This document shows, in pieces, positions 48,384 through 57,006 of a stretch of 64,000 bases of DNA (positions are counted from its first letter, which is position 1; each line of letters opens with the position of its first letter). The notes under the pieces were generated by a model, which was not told the DNA's origin, searched no databases, and saw only the letters and a program-made list of their open reading frames with translations. The stretch spans positions 17,028-81,027 of the forward strand of contig JAIBAK010000001.1 in the NCBI GenBank assembly GCA_019695215.1, read 5' to 3'. The translations under genes and the position numbers were made by a program. The DNA is from Bacteroidia bacterium (GTDB lineage: Bacteria; Bacteroidota; Bacteroidia; UKL13-3).

Positions 48384-48482
48384 CCGTGTCAGATGTAGCA
48401 TCTGACACCACGAAAAGAAGGAGTCGTGACATCTGACACCACAAAAAAGGGAGGTGCCGTCAGATGCTACATCTGACACCAC
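48384..48482. repeat. Cluster of three CATCTGACACCAC repeats, two forming hairpins
   Basis: CATCTGACACCAC occurs at 48399, 48430 and 48470. A perfect 10-bp stem GTGTCAGATG-tag-CATCTGACAC lies at 48386-48408, and an 8-bp stem GTCAGATG-cta-CATCTGAC at 48459-48477. Confidence 0.75.
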
Positions 48483-48488
48483 AGAAAA

Positions 48489-49880
48489 TTATTGTTTACA
48501 GAATTTAACCACCTGAACTAATTTTTCTCCAACAAAAATAGATGCAAAGTATAAGCCTTTATTTAAAGTATGTATATCTATTTCGGTAAAACTTTGAGCA
48601 GTTCCGGCTTGGGAAAGTATTCGTTTGCCGGACACATCCGTTACCTCTAATCGCATCTCTTCAAGTATCCCTTGCTGTATTTGCAAATGCAGCATCTCTG
48701 TTTTTATTGGATTAGGATAAAGTGTGAGGATGTGATCCTCTTTAATTTCTGTAAAGCCTGCACCGGGAGAATAGGTCATCACATATCTGTAAATAGAATC
48801 GGCCAGCATTCCTGAGTTTGCTCTGATGTAAAGTTGTCCATTTCGGTTAATATGCAATTGAGCATTGTAAGGGTGGTCTGGAATACTTGATCCTAGCTTT
48901 ACCCATTTACTCCCGTTAAAATTCGCAACCACGAGTTCATTTTGCTGCTTTGTGGTATAAGCTACGTATGGAGTAGTATTTGCGCTTAAATAAAATGATA
49001 CTAAATCAATTTTGTTTATTGAACCGGAAAATGAATTTGAAATGGTATTCCAGTTTGAGCCAATATATTTTTTCAAGATAATTGACGGTGACAGACCAGT
49101 ATCAACAGAGGCTGAGTAGATGTTCTTTTGAGTATCTAAATAAATTTTCTGAGCATTTCCGATACTATCCATTTTTTGCCCGTTAAATTTATAAATATTG
49201 CATAGTGGCGTATGAATAATAATAGTATCATTTTTAGAAAGCAATAACTCAAGTGGGTAAATGCCAGCGTAAGGTGAATATTCAATAATAGTATCCTGCA
49301 TTCCAATGTCAACCCAGTTGTTTCCCGTAAATTTTTTTACTGCAAGATGATAAGAGCCGTGTTGGGTATTACTATAAAGATAGGCAATAGACGGAGTACC
49401 GGAATCGGATAACTTAACAGAGATGGATTTTACAAAATTAAGTGAACTGTCAACAAGTCCATTTTTCCCTATTGGCTCCCAATAGGTCCCGTTAAATTTG
49501 TAAACAAAAATCCCTGAGGTGGTGTCAGGCCCAGAGTTAAACTTGAAAAAGCCCAAGACCATTTCATTGTTTTTGCCAATAGTGAAGTCGCATTCAAATG
49601 AGTAAAATGGCAAATTTTTGTATAAACTATCCTTTGCAAGGTTAACCCAGTTTGAGCCATTGAACTTTTTTACCAGAATTGGACTATAAAATTCTCCTGT
49701 ATAATCATCAATATAGGCAATGTAAACGTTACCTGATGAATCAGACTCTATGTTAGGATTCTCTGGAAAGGAAACGTATTTAGACATACCGATGCGTGGT
49801 CCTCCTACAAAACTCCATTGTGCTTTTAACCCGGAATAAAAGCAGATAAGAGCGAAAGAAACGAAAAGGTGCTTAATCAT
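48489..49880 (-). CDS. Secreted repeat protein (propeller-like 'F-x-G-x-x-W' blades) with a T9SS C-terminal domain, paralogue 2
   Basis: Collinear with 44784-46181 (AQWSFVGG..., KKFNGSNW, KFNGTYW, KKFTGNNW, KKYIGSNW, NFNGSKW). The CTD is YPNPIKTEMLHL...GLYFASI. Confidence 0.7.
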   Translation of the reverse strand: MIKHLFVSFALICFYSGLKAQWSFVGGPRIGMSKYVSFPENPNIESDSSGNVYIAYIDDYTGEFYSPILVKKFNGSNWVNLAKDSLYKNLPFYSFECDFTIGKNNEMVLGFFKFNSGPDTTSGIFVYKFNGTYWEPIGKNGLVDSSLNFVKSISVKLSDSGTPSIAYLYSNTQHGSYHLAVKKFTGNNWVDIGMQDTIIEYSPYAGIYPLELLLSKNDTIIIHTPLCNIYKFNGQKMDSIGNAQKIYLDTQKNIYSASVDTGLSPSIILKKYIGSNWNTISNSFSGSINKIDLVSFYLSANTTPYVAYTTKQQNELVVANFNGSKWVKLGSSIPDHPYNAQLHINRNGQLYIRANSGMLADSIYRYVMTYSPGAGFTEIKEDHILTLYPNPIKTEMLHLQIQQGILEEMRLEVTDVSGKRILSQAGTAQSFTEIDIHTLNKGLYFASIFVGEKLVQVVKFCKQ

Positions 49881-49899
49881 AAGTTAACTATTTAGAAGG

Positions 49900-49907
49900 T
49901 AAAGATA
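49900..49907 (-). promoter_or_regulatory. Candidate -7-like box (TATCTTTA) abutting the atp terminator
   Basis: The minus strand reads GTATCTTTAC (49899-49908), 18 nt upstream of the ATG at 49880. Confidence 0.3.
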
Positions 49908-49937
49908 CAAAAAAAGCCCCGCGGGTTGCGGGGCTTT
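49908..49937 (-). terminator. Rho-independent terminator of the atp operon
   Basis: GCCCCGC-5 nt loop-GCGGGGC (49916-49934) followed on the minus strand by TTTTTTT (49909-49915). Confidence 0.85.
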
Positions 49938-49959
49938 ATAAAAAACTTTTTTAAATGGT

Positions 49960-50841
49960 TTAACCTAAGGCTGCGGCACCACCCACAATTTCCGAGATCT
50001 CATTGGTAATAGCGGCCTGGCGGGCACGGTTGTACTGCAAACGAAGTGATTTAAGCAATTCTCCGGCATTATCAGTGGCTTTATCCATCGCCACCATTCG
50101 GGCACCGTGTTCACTTGCGTGCGAGTCGAGCAGAGTGCGGTAAAGTGTTGTTTTCAGAATACGCGGGATCAACTCTTCGAGAATTTCGGTTTTGCCCGGT
50201 TCAAAAATATAATCACTTTTGGTTTTGCTGCTTTTGCCGGCAAATGAGTTGATGTCGATAGGCAGAAAAGGTTCGGCAGTGAGAATTTGTGTACCTGCGT
50301 TTTTAAATTTATTGTACACGATTTCTACCGCATCAAACTGTTTTTTGCGAAATGCATCAAGCACCCAATCGGCTATAGCAAAACCATTTTCGGCATTCAG
50401 GTTTTGAAATGCTTCGCGAAAATCGGTTACCATTTTTGCGTTCATACGGCCAAAAAATTCAAATCCTTTTTTACCCACAGGCAAAATAGTAACGTTTCCT
50501 TTGGCTGCCTGCTCGGCATACTTCTCTCTGAGCAGGGCATTGGTTTGTTTTACCACGTTGGCATTAAAACCACCACATAAACCGCGGTCGCTGGTTACCA
50601 CCACCACCAGCACATTGGTGGCAGGGCGTGCATTAAAATACGAAGCCAGTGAATCGCCTTCAATGGAGTCGGCCAGGTTTAGCAATAAGTCCTGCAGCAT
50701 TTGAGCATACGGACGCATTTGCACAATGGCATTTTGAGCTTTGCGCAGCTTGGTTGCACTCACCAATTTCATGGCTTTAGTGATTTGCTGTGTTGAGCTT
50801 ACCGATGTAATGCGTACCCGTACTTCTTTTAAATTTGCCAC
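49960..50841 (-). CDS. atpG: F1 ATP synthase subunit gamma
   Basis: MANLKEVRVRITSVSSTQQITKAMKLVSATKLRKAQ and the C-terminal ITNEISEIVGGAAAL. Confidence 0.93.
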   Translation of the reverse strand: MANLKEVRVRITSVSSTQQITKAMKLVSATKLRKAQNAIVQMRPYAQMLQDLLLNLADSIEGDSLASYFNARPATNVLVVVVTSDRGLCGGFNANVVKQTNALLREKYAEQAAKGNVTILPVGKKGFEFFGRMNAKMVTDFREAFQNLNAENGFAIADWVLDAFRKKQFDAVEIVYNKFKNAGTQILTAEPFLPIDINSFAGKSSKTKSDYIFEPGKTEILEELIPRILKTTLYRTLLDSHASEHGARMVAMDKATDNAGELLKSLRLQYNRARQAAITNEISEIVGGAAALG

Positions 50842-50853
50842 GTTTCTGTATTT

Positions 50854-52434
50854 TTAGTTAGCGTATTTCGAACTTAAATCTTTAGCAACCGATTCAAGTA
50901 CATTGGTAACTTCATCGGTGAGGTTTCCTTTACGCAACTCAGCAAGAATATTGCTGTGTTTGCTTTCTAAAAATCCTACGTATTCAGCTTCAAATTCACG
51001 TACTTTATTTACCGGAACTTTAGAAAGTAATCCTTTAGTACCGCAATAAATAATTGCTACTTGTTTTTCAACGGCAATAGGAGCGTATTGTCCCTGTTTC
51101 AGAATTTCTACGTTGCGTGCTCCTTTTTCCAATACCGCTTTGGTGGCCGCATCCAGATCAGAACCGAATTTAGAGAAAGCTTCCAACTCGCGGTATTGTG
51201 CCTGATCGAGTTTTAAAGTACCTGCAATTTTTTTCATGGATTTAATCTGTGCATTACCACCCACACGTGATACCGAAATACCTACGTTGATAGCAGGACG
51301 CACACCTGAGTTAAACAGATTCGACTCAAGGAATATCTGTCCGTCAGTAATGGAGATTACGTTGGTAGGGATATAAGCCGATACGTCACCGGCCTGTGTT
51401 TCGATAATAGGAAGAGCCGTTAATGAACCGCCACCTTTTACCAAAGGCTTAATTGACTCGGGCAGGTCGTTCATATTGCGGGCCACATCATCGTTGGCAT
51501 TTATTTTAGCGGCACGTTCCAGCAGGCGGCTGTGCAGGTAAAATACGTCACCGGGGTATGCTTCACGTCCCGGAGGTCTGCGCAACAGCAGAGATACTTC
51601 ACGGTAAGCTACCGCTTGTTTTGATAAATCGTCATATACAATCAGAGCCGGACGACCCGTGTCGCGGAAAAACTCACCGATAGCAGCACCTGCCATAGGA
51701 GCATAGAACTGTAAAGGAGCAGGGAAAGATGCGGTAGCAGCTACAATAATGGTGTAAGGCATGGCTCCGTATTTCTCCAGTGTATTTACTACCTGCGCCA
51801 CAGTTGAAGCTTTTTGCCCAACGGCTACATAGATACAATATACCGGTTTTCCGGCATCGTAAAACTCTTTCTGATTGATAATGGTATCGAGACAAACGGC
51901 TGTTTTACCTGTCTGACGGTCGCCAATCACCAACTCACGCTGTCCGCGTCCAATCGGAATCATGGCATCAATTGCTTTAATACCTGTTTGCAGTGGTTCT
52001 TTTACCGGCTCACGGAAAATTACACCGGGAGCTTTGCGCTCCAGTGGCATTTCGTATAAATCTCCGGTGATGGGGCCTTTACCGTCAATTGGTTCGCCAA
52101 GCGTGTTTACTACACGGCCAAGCATACCTTCGCCTACTTTAATGGAGGCGATTTTTCCGGTACGTTTTACCACGTCACCTTCTTTGATTTTTTCAGAATT
52201 ACCCAACAATACCGCACCGATATTGTCTTCTTCCAGATTCAACACAACAGCTTGTGTTCCGTTGCTGAATTCAATCAGCTCACCTGACTGAACTTTTGTC
52301 AAACCGTAAACGCGGGCAATACCGTCACCAATCTGGAGCACGGTTCCCACTTCTTCCAGTTCAGTCTCGGAGCGGAAGTTAGAAATCTGCTCACGTATAA
52401 TAGCTGAAACCTCATCGGGTCTGATTTGTACCAT
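50854..52434 (-). CDS. atpA: F1 ATP synthase subunit alpha
   Basis: GDRQTGKT Walker A. Overall alpha-subunit signature. Confidence 0.95.
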   Translation of the reverse strand: MVQIRPDEVSAIIREQISNFRSETELEEVGTVLQIGDGIARVYGLTKVQSGELIEFSNGTQAVVLNLEEDNIGAVLLGNSEKIKEGDVVKRTGKIASIKVGEGMLGRVVNTLGEPIDGKGPITGDLYEMPLERKAPGVIFREPVKEPLQTGIKAIDAMIPIGRGQRELVIGDRQTGKTAVCLDTIINQKEFYDAGKPVYCIYVAVGQKASTVAQVVNTLEKYGAMPYTIIVAATASFPAPLQFYAPMAGAAIGEFFRDTGRPALIVYDDLSKQAVAYREVSLLLRRPPGREAYPGDVFYLHSRLLERAAKINANDDVARNMNDLPESIKPLVKGGGSLTALPIIETQAGDVSAYIPTNVISITDGQIFLESNLFNSGVRPAINVGISVSRVGGNAQIKSMKKIAGTLKLDQAQYRELEAFSKFGSDLDAATKAVLEKGARNVEILKQGQYAPIAVEKQVAIIYCGTKGLLSKVPVNKVREFEAEYVGFLESKHSNILAELRKGNLTDEVTNVLESVAKDLSSKYAN

Positions 52435-52438
52435 AATA

Positions 52439-52990
52439 TTAGTTGCTTAAATGCGGGTTAATTAAATTCTTTTTAATTGCAGCCAGTTTGCTGGCAATAC
52501 TTGCGTCAAACAATTTATCATCCATGCGAATAACCAAACCACCAATAATATCGGGGTTGGTATTTGCACTCAGTTCAACTTGTTTTTTGGTTTGCTGTTC
52601 AATGAAAACACGAATTTCGCTTTTCAGTTTATCATCAATTGTTACAGCGGTTGTAACGGAAGCCGTTAAAATACCTTTCATCAGGTTGTAGGCTTTACGA
52701 AACTCACCGGCTATATCAGTAATAAAAAACTCCCTGTTCTTTTTAATAACTGTTTCAAGAAACAGCAAAGTGAGGGGATTAATACTACTGCTGAAAATCT
52801 TTTTCACAATAGAAAGTTTAGAGGCAGGATCAATAACCGGATTGCGAAATAACTTTACTAAGTCCTGACTTTGACGGCATACATCTATAAATAATACCAT
52901 GTCTTTATTCACATCTTCAAGCTTGTTTTGCTCAATAGCAAGGTCAATTAACGACTTGGCATACCTGGATGATACTCTTGATTCGGCCAT
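52439..52990 (-). CDS. atpH: F1 ATP synthase subunit delta (OSCP)
   Basis: 183 aa. [11 protein letters not shown]-terminus. Located between atpF and atpA. Confidence 0.85.
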   Translation of the reverse strand: MAESRVSSRYAKSLIDLAIEQNKLEDVNKDMVLFIDVCRQSQDLVKLFRNPVIDPASKLSIVKKIFSSSINPLTLLFLETVIKKNREFFITDIAGEFRKAYNLMKGILTASVTTAVTIDDKLKSEIRVFIEQQTKKQVELSANTNPDIIGGLVIRMDDKLFDASIASKLAAIKKNLINPHLSN

Positions 52991-52995
52991 ATGAC

Positions 52996-53490
52996 TTAGT
53001 TAATTTGTAAACGCTTCAGGTTATCATTAATCAGTGCTTCCTGTTCAGCATTCTTCTCAATGTTTTTGCGAAGAATTTTTTCGGCAATATCTACCGAAAG
53101 GCTGGCCACCTGAGCTTTTAACTCAATTAAAGCAGCTGATTTTTCCTTGTTAATAGCTTCTGTAGCATCGGCAACTAATTTCTTCTTTACTTCTTCGCCC
53201 TCTTTCTGAGCTTTTGAAATAATCGAGTCTTTCAGTTCCCGGGCTTCTTTCAGAATGGTGTCTCTTTCCTTACGGGCTTCACGCAGCAAATTCTCATTGT
53301 CTGCTTTTAAAGCATCCATTTGCTGACGGGCTTTTTCGGCCGATTGTAAAGCCTCATGAATTGAGTCTTCCCGCTCTTTTAATGCCTGTGTAATTGGTTT
53401 CCAGGCAAACTTGGTGAGAATGAAAAAGAGGATGGCAAACGATGCTGTTGACCATACCACTAATCCGATACTCGGGGTTAGTAAATCCAT
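52996..53490 (-). CDS. atpF: Fo ATP synthase subunit b
   Basis: A single N-terminal TM followed by a long charged helix (KEREDSIHEALQSAEKARQQ...). Confidence 0.85.
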   Translation of the reverse strand: MDLLTPSIGLVVWSTASFAILFFILTKFAWKPITQALKEREDSIHEALQSAEKARQQMDALKADNENLLREARKERDTILKEARELKDSIISKAQKEGEEVKKKLVADATEAINKEKSAALIELKAQVASLSVDIAEKILRKNIEKNAEQEALINDNLKRLQIN

Positions 53491-53535
53491 TTTTTTACTT
53501 TTTTAATTGTTCAGAACTTAAGTGAACGGGGAACG

Positions 53536-53585
53536 CAAAAAGAAAAAGCCCGATTAACAAACGTTAATCTGCCACCGGGCTTTTT
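53536..53585 (-). terminator. Intra-operon hairpin plus T-tract downstream of atpE (possible attenuator or RNA-stabilising element)
   Basis: A 7-bp stem GATTAAC/GTTAATC (53552-53569) sits inside GCCC/GGGC (53548-53551 / 53577-53580). On the minus strand it is followed by TTTTTCTTTTT. Confidence 0.45.
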
Positions 53586-53592
53586 CAATAAA

Positions 53593-53817
<225 letters not shown>

Positions 53818-53853
53818 TTAAAGGGTTAAACGATTATTCTATTTTAATTTATT

Positions 53854-54990
53854 TTAGTGATGTGCTTCTTCGTGATGATCTTCAATGGCAATTCCAATAT
53901 ACAAAGCCGATAATACCGTAAAGATAAAGGCCTGAATAAAGGCTACAATCAATTCGATGATGCTGATGGCTGCTACAAACGGAACAGCTACACCGGCTAC
54001 TGCATACGATTTGAAAATAAATATTAAACAGGTTAAGCTAAGTACAAGAATATGTCCTGCAGTAATGTTGGCAAACAAACGAATCATTAACGCAATGGCT
54101 TTGGTAAAAATTCCTACTACCTCAATAGGGGTGAGTAAAAGTTTAACCGGAAGCGGAATTCCCGGCATCCAGAAAATATGCTGCCAGTAGTGTTTGTTTC
54201 CGTTTACATTTGTTAAGATGAGTGTAATTAACGCCAGCACCATAGTTAAAGAAATATTTCCGGTAAGATTGGCCCCTCCCGGAAAAAATGGAACTAAGCC
54301 CAGCATATTACAAAACCAGATAAAGAAAAATACCGTTAAAAGGTAAGGCATAAATTTCTCGTACCTGTTGCCCAGATTTGGTTTGGCGATTTCATCGCGC
54401 ACAAAAAGGATAATAGGCTCTAAAGCCGATTGAAGACCTTTTGGTGCCTGACCTTTTCGCTGAGCATATCCTTTGGCAACAGTGGTAAATACCCATATTA
54501 AAAGAACTACAGTGAGCAGCATAGTTGCTACGTTTTTAGTAATCGATAAATCGGTTACTTGAGCAGTAGCTGCTTCATCTATGGTACCCGATGCATCTAC
54601 TACTTTTATTTTTTCGTGAATGTTTTTATAGGTGTAGTGGTTGCCGGTATAGGCATCATGTCCGTGATTAAAACGTCCGGATGAAAATAATTCGATTCCT
54701 TTATCTGTATATAAAATAACAGGAAGGTGAATAGCGGTATGTCCCCACAAATGCCAGTCATGTGCATCTTTAATATGCTCCATGATGGTTTCGGTTGGAT
54801 TAAACTTTCCGTTCTCTTTGTGTGCTCCTGCTTCGGCATGGGCAGCTTCAGTATGCGCGGAGTCATTTATTGCCGCGTGAGCATCATGTTCCTGACCAAA
54901 CGCTACGGAAGAAGCGCGTGAAACGAGAAAAATCGCCAGAAAAATAATCAGTCTGAAAGCGGTATAAGTTGCTGAATATCTGTTACTCAT
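53854..54990 (-). CDS. atpB: Fo ATP synthase subunit a with a His/Ala-rich N-terminal extension
   Basis: IRLFANITAGHILVL (essential Arg region). Polytopic C-terminal two thirds. Confidence 0.9.
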   Translation of the reverse strand: MSNRYSATYTAFRLIIFLAIFLVSRASSVAFGQEHDAHAAINDSAHTEAAHAEAGAHKENGKFNPTETIMEHIKDAHDWHLWGHTAIHLPVILYTDKGIELFSSGRFNHGHDAYTGNHYTYKNIHEKIKVVDASGTIDEAATAQVTDLSITKNVATMLLTVVLLIWVFTTVAKGYAQRKGQAPKGLQSALEPIILFVRDEIAKPNLGNRYEKFMPYLLTVFFFIWFCNMLGLVPFFPGGANLTGNISLTMVLALITLILTNVNGNKHYWQHIFWMPGIPLPVKLLLTPIEVVGIFTKAIALMIRLFANITAGHILVLSLTCLIFIFKSYAVAGVAVPFVAAISIIELIVAFIQAFIFTVLSALYIGIAIEDHHEEAHH

Positions 54991-55393
54991 TAGTGGGCTT
55001 ATCCTTGTTAAAATCGGGGTGCAATTTAGTGGTTAGGTAATAAATTTCAAACACTGTGTAAAAAATGTATAGCCCAAACATAAGAAGCAGGAAACTTTTG
55101 CTGTAAGGCCTTTGCCCCCAAAGGAATAAAAGTATAAACCCAATGGTTCCAAACATTCGAAGAGCCATCACTAAATAGGCCGTGTTAACAAAGGTAAAAC
55201 GGTCTTTACCATAGCTATAGGCTGTTAACAGGAACGAGATGATGGTAAGAAATGCAAAGAAAAATAAAGTTAAATCGGTTGCAGGCTGCGGAAGGACAAC
55301 GGAAGTGTTGGGTAATAGGTAATGTATTACTGTCCAGAGAAATGATGTTAAAAGAGAAAGCCACAAAAGGAAGTAAAAAAAATTTGTTCGCAT
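54983..55393 (-). CDS. Hypothetical 4-TM membrane protein in the atp operon leader
   Basis: 136 aa with four hydrophobic segments. It overlaps the atpB start by 8 nt. I recognise no motif. Confidence 0.5.
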   Translation of the reverse strand: MRTNFFYFLLWLSLLTSFLWTVIHYLLPNTSVVLPQPATDLTLFFFAFLTIISFLLTAYSYGKDRFTFVNTAYLVMALRMFGTIGFILLFLWGQRPYSKSFLLLMFGLYIFYTVFEIYYLTTKLHPDFNKDKPTNE

Positions 55394-55396
55394 AAA

Positions 55397-55654
55397 TTAA
55401 TCCTGATTGCGGATAAGTTTAAAGATAAAGTAAAAAACGGAAACGAATGCGAGTAATACTCCGGCTAAGGTAAATGCAGGAAAATGCATGGAGAAATATT
55501 TATCTACCCAGTTTCCTCCCAACGACAGCACCACAAAAACGCCTATCATTTGGAAACCAAAAGCCGAATACTTAAGGTAGTTATTTAGCGGTGTTGATTT
55601 TTTCGGTTGACTGGGCAATTTGTCCGTTGGCTCGGGCATCTTTGGTAGAGGCAA
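55397..55654 (-). CDS. AtpZ/AtpI-family small membrane protein
   Basis: The KKSTPLNNYLKYSAFGFQMIGVFVVLSLGGNWVDKYF pattern and two TMs are typical of AtpZ-like proteins preceding atp operons. The exact start is uncertain. Confidence 0.65.
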   Translation of the reverse strand: MPLPKMPEPTDKLPSQPKKSTPLNNYLKYSAFGFQMIGVFVVLSLGGNWVDKYFSMHFPAFTLAGVLLAFVSVFYFIFKLIRNQD

Positions 55655-56030
55655 TGGCTTCGTTTTTATCTGATTTCATATGGCAGCGGCCATTAAACTC
55701 GGCTCCTGCTTCTATGATAATTTTTTTGGTTACCACATCACCGTAAACTTTACTGGTACTTTTTAAGGTAAGTAATTCATTTACGAAAATATTCCCTTTC
55801 ACTATTCCGGAAATATCGGCATTCTGTGCATTGATATCACCTTCCACCGATCCGGTTTGTCCAAGAACCATTTTAGATTTGGAGGTAATGGTTCCCGAAA
55901 GCGTTCCGTCAATACGTATATCCCCGTTAGAAACAATATCGCCATTAATATTGGTTCCGTTATTAATAATATTCACTGTTGCCGGGTTAAATTCCGGTCC
56001 TTTTTCTGATTTTCCGTTAGATCCAAACAT
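55581..56030 (-). CDS. Bactofilin (polymer-forming cytoskeletal protein)
   Basis: Beta-helical repeat pattern INGDIVSNGDIRIDGTLSGTITSKSKMVLGQTGSVEGDINAQNADISGIVKGNIFV...VYGDVVTKKIIIEAGAEFNG. The ATG at 56030 is preferred over the TTG at 56042. Confidence 0.85.
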   Translation of the reverse strand: MFGSNGKSEKGPEFNPATVNIINNGTNINGDIVSNGDIRIDGTLSGTITSKSKMVLGQTGSVEGDINAQNADISGIVKGNIFVNELLTLKSTSKVYGDVVTKKIIIEAGAEFNGRCHMKSDKNEAIASTKDARANGQIAQSTEKINTAK

Positions 56031-56049
56031 AATTTCTAACAATTAAAAC

Positions 56050-56910
56050 TTAAAACACCATGTATTCTTCGGGGTTTACCGGATTGCCTTTGTACCAGAG
56101 TTCAAAATGAAGGTGAGCTCCGGTTGTTAATTCCCCCGAATTACCCACAATGGCAATAGCATCTCCCGCGTTCACAAAAGTACCTACTTTTTTTAATAAT
56201 ACCGAATTGTGTTTATATATGGAAATCAAATCATTGGGATGCTGAATTCCTATAACATGCCCGGTTTCGGGCGTCCAGGAAGCAAAAATGATTGTTCCAT
56301 TAAGGGTAGCCTTAACGGCTTCGCTTGGCTTAGCCACCACATCAACAGCATAATGCTCATCGGGGAAATTAAATTTTTCGGTAATCAAGCCCTTAAGCGG
56401 AGACATAAATGTGTAGCTGCTTATATTATCGGGGCGAACTGATTTTTCTTCAAGCGCATAGGGATTGTCTTTTTCCATTTCAAGCTTAAAAATGGAATCG
56501 TTCTCGTAAATTTTTTGTAAATCAATGCTTCCTGATACCGAGTCGCTTAGTGGGGGGGCATCTCTGTCGGATTTGGGCTCTTTTCCTCTCATAATATCGT
56601 TTTGGTTTTCGATATAATCATTTAACTGCCTTACTACATTTTGCAGCGAATCGGCTTTTAAAATAAGGTAGGCTACATTTCGTTTCGAGTCGGGGTCGGC
56701 ATATCCGGGCACATACTCTTTAAGAGGAGTAAAGAAAAACAGGGAGAGAATTAATCCGGTAAATGTTAAAATACCACTGCTTAGAGCGATAAACAGATTC
56801 ATCGGGGTGAGTTTCAGAGAGAATTTCTCTTCAAAAGTCTGGTCGTTCATTATTACCAGCCTGTATTTGTTTTTGAGCTTATGAATAAGCTTTTTTCGGG
56901 TAGTACTCAT
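56050..56910 (-). CDS. M23/LytM-family metallopeptidase with an N-terminal membrane anchor
   Basis: HYAVDV...(HxxxD), GNSGELTTGAHLHFEL (HxH). TM segment at residues ~35-60. Confidence 0.88.
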   Translation of the reverse strand: MSTTRKKLIHKLKNKYRLVIMNDQTFEEKFSLKLTPMNLFIALSSGILTFTGLILSLFFFTPLKEYVPGYADPDSKRNVAYLILKADSLQNVVRQLNDYIENQNDIMRGKEPKSDRDAPPLSDSVSGSIDLQKIYENDSIFKLEMEKDNPYALEEKSVRPDNISSYTFMSPLKGLITEKFNFPDEHYAVDVVAKPSEAVKATLNGTIIFASWTPETGHVIGIQHPNDLISIYKHNSVLLKKVGTFVNAGDAIAIVGNSGELTTGAHLHFELWYKGNPVNPEEYMVF

Positions 56911-56946
56911 TTCGGAAGAAAAAAATAAATTTGACGCAGATTAAAA

Positions 56947-56954
56947 TAATTTTG
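56947..56954 (+). promoter_or_regulatory. Candidate -7 box (TAATTTTG) for the TPR lipoprotein gene
   Basis: TAnnTTTG match. A second match, TAAATTTG, lies at 56926-56933. Confidence 0.3.
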
Positions 56955-56960
56955 CCAGTT

Positions 56961-56968
56961 CAAAGTTA
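56961..56968 (-). promoter_or_regulatory. Candidate -7 box (TAACTTTG) for the M23-bactofilin-atp transcription unit
   Basis: The minus strand reads TAACTTTG, 50 nt upstream of the ATG at 56910. Confidence 0.3.
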
Positions 56969-57006
56969 ATACAAGTGTTAAAACAATCGGTAAAGCGCGC
57001 AATTAG

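Noticed and set aside
48426-48476. 16-codon mini-ORF (GTG start) preceded by an AAGGAG-like purine tract inside the repeat cluster
   Set aside because: It consists entirely of repeat sequence and has no supporting context. Strong SD usage is not typical for Bacteroidota.
48384-48482. Mini CRISPR array
   Set aside because: There are only three 13-nt repeats with irregular 31/40-nt spacing. Two are parts of hairpins, and there are no cas genes.
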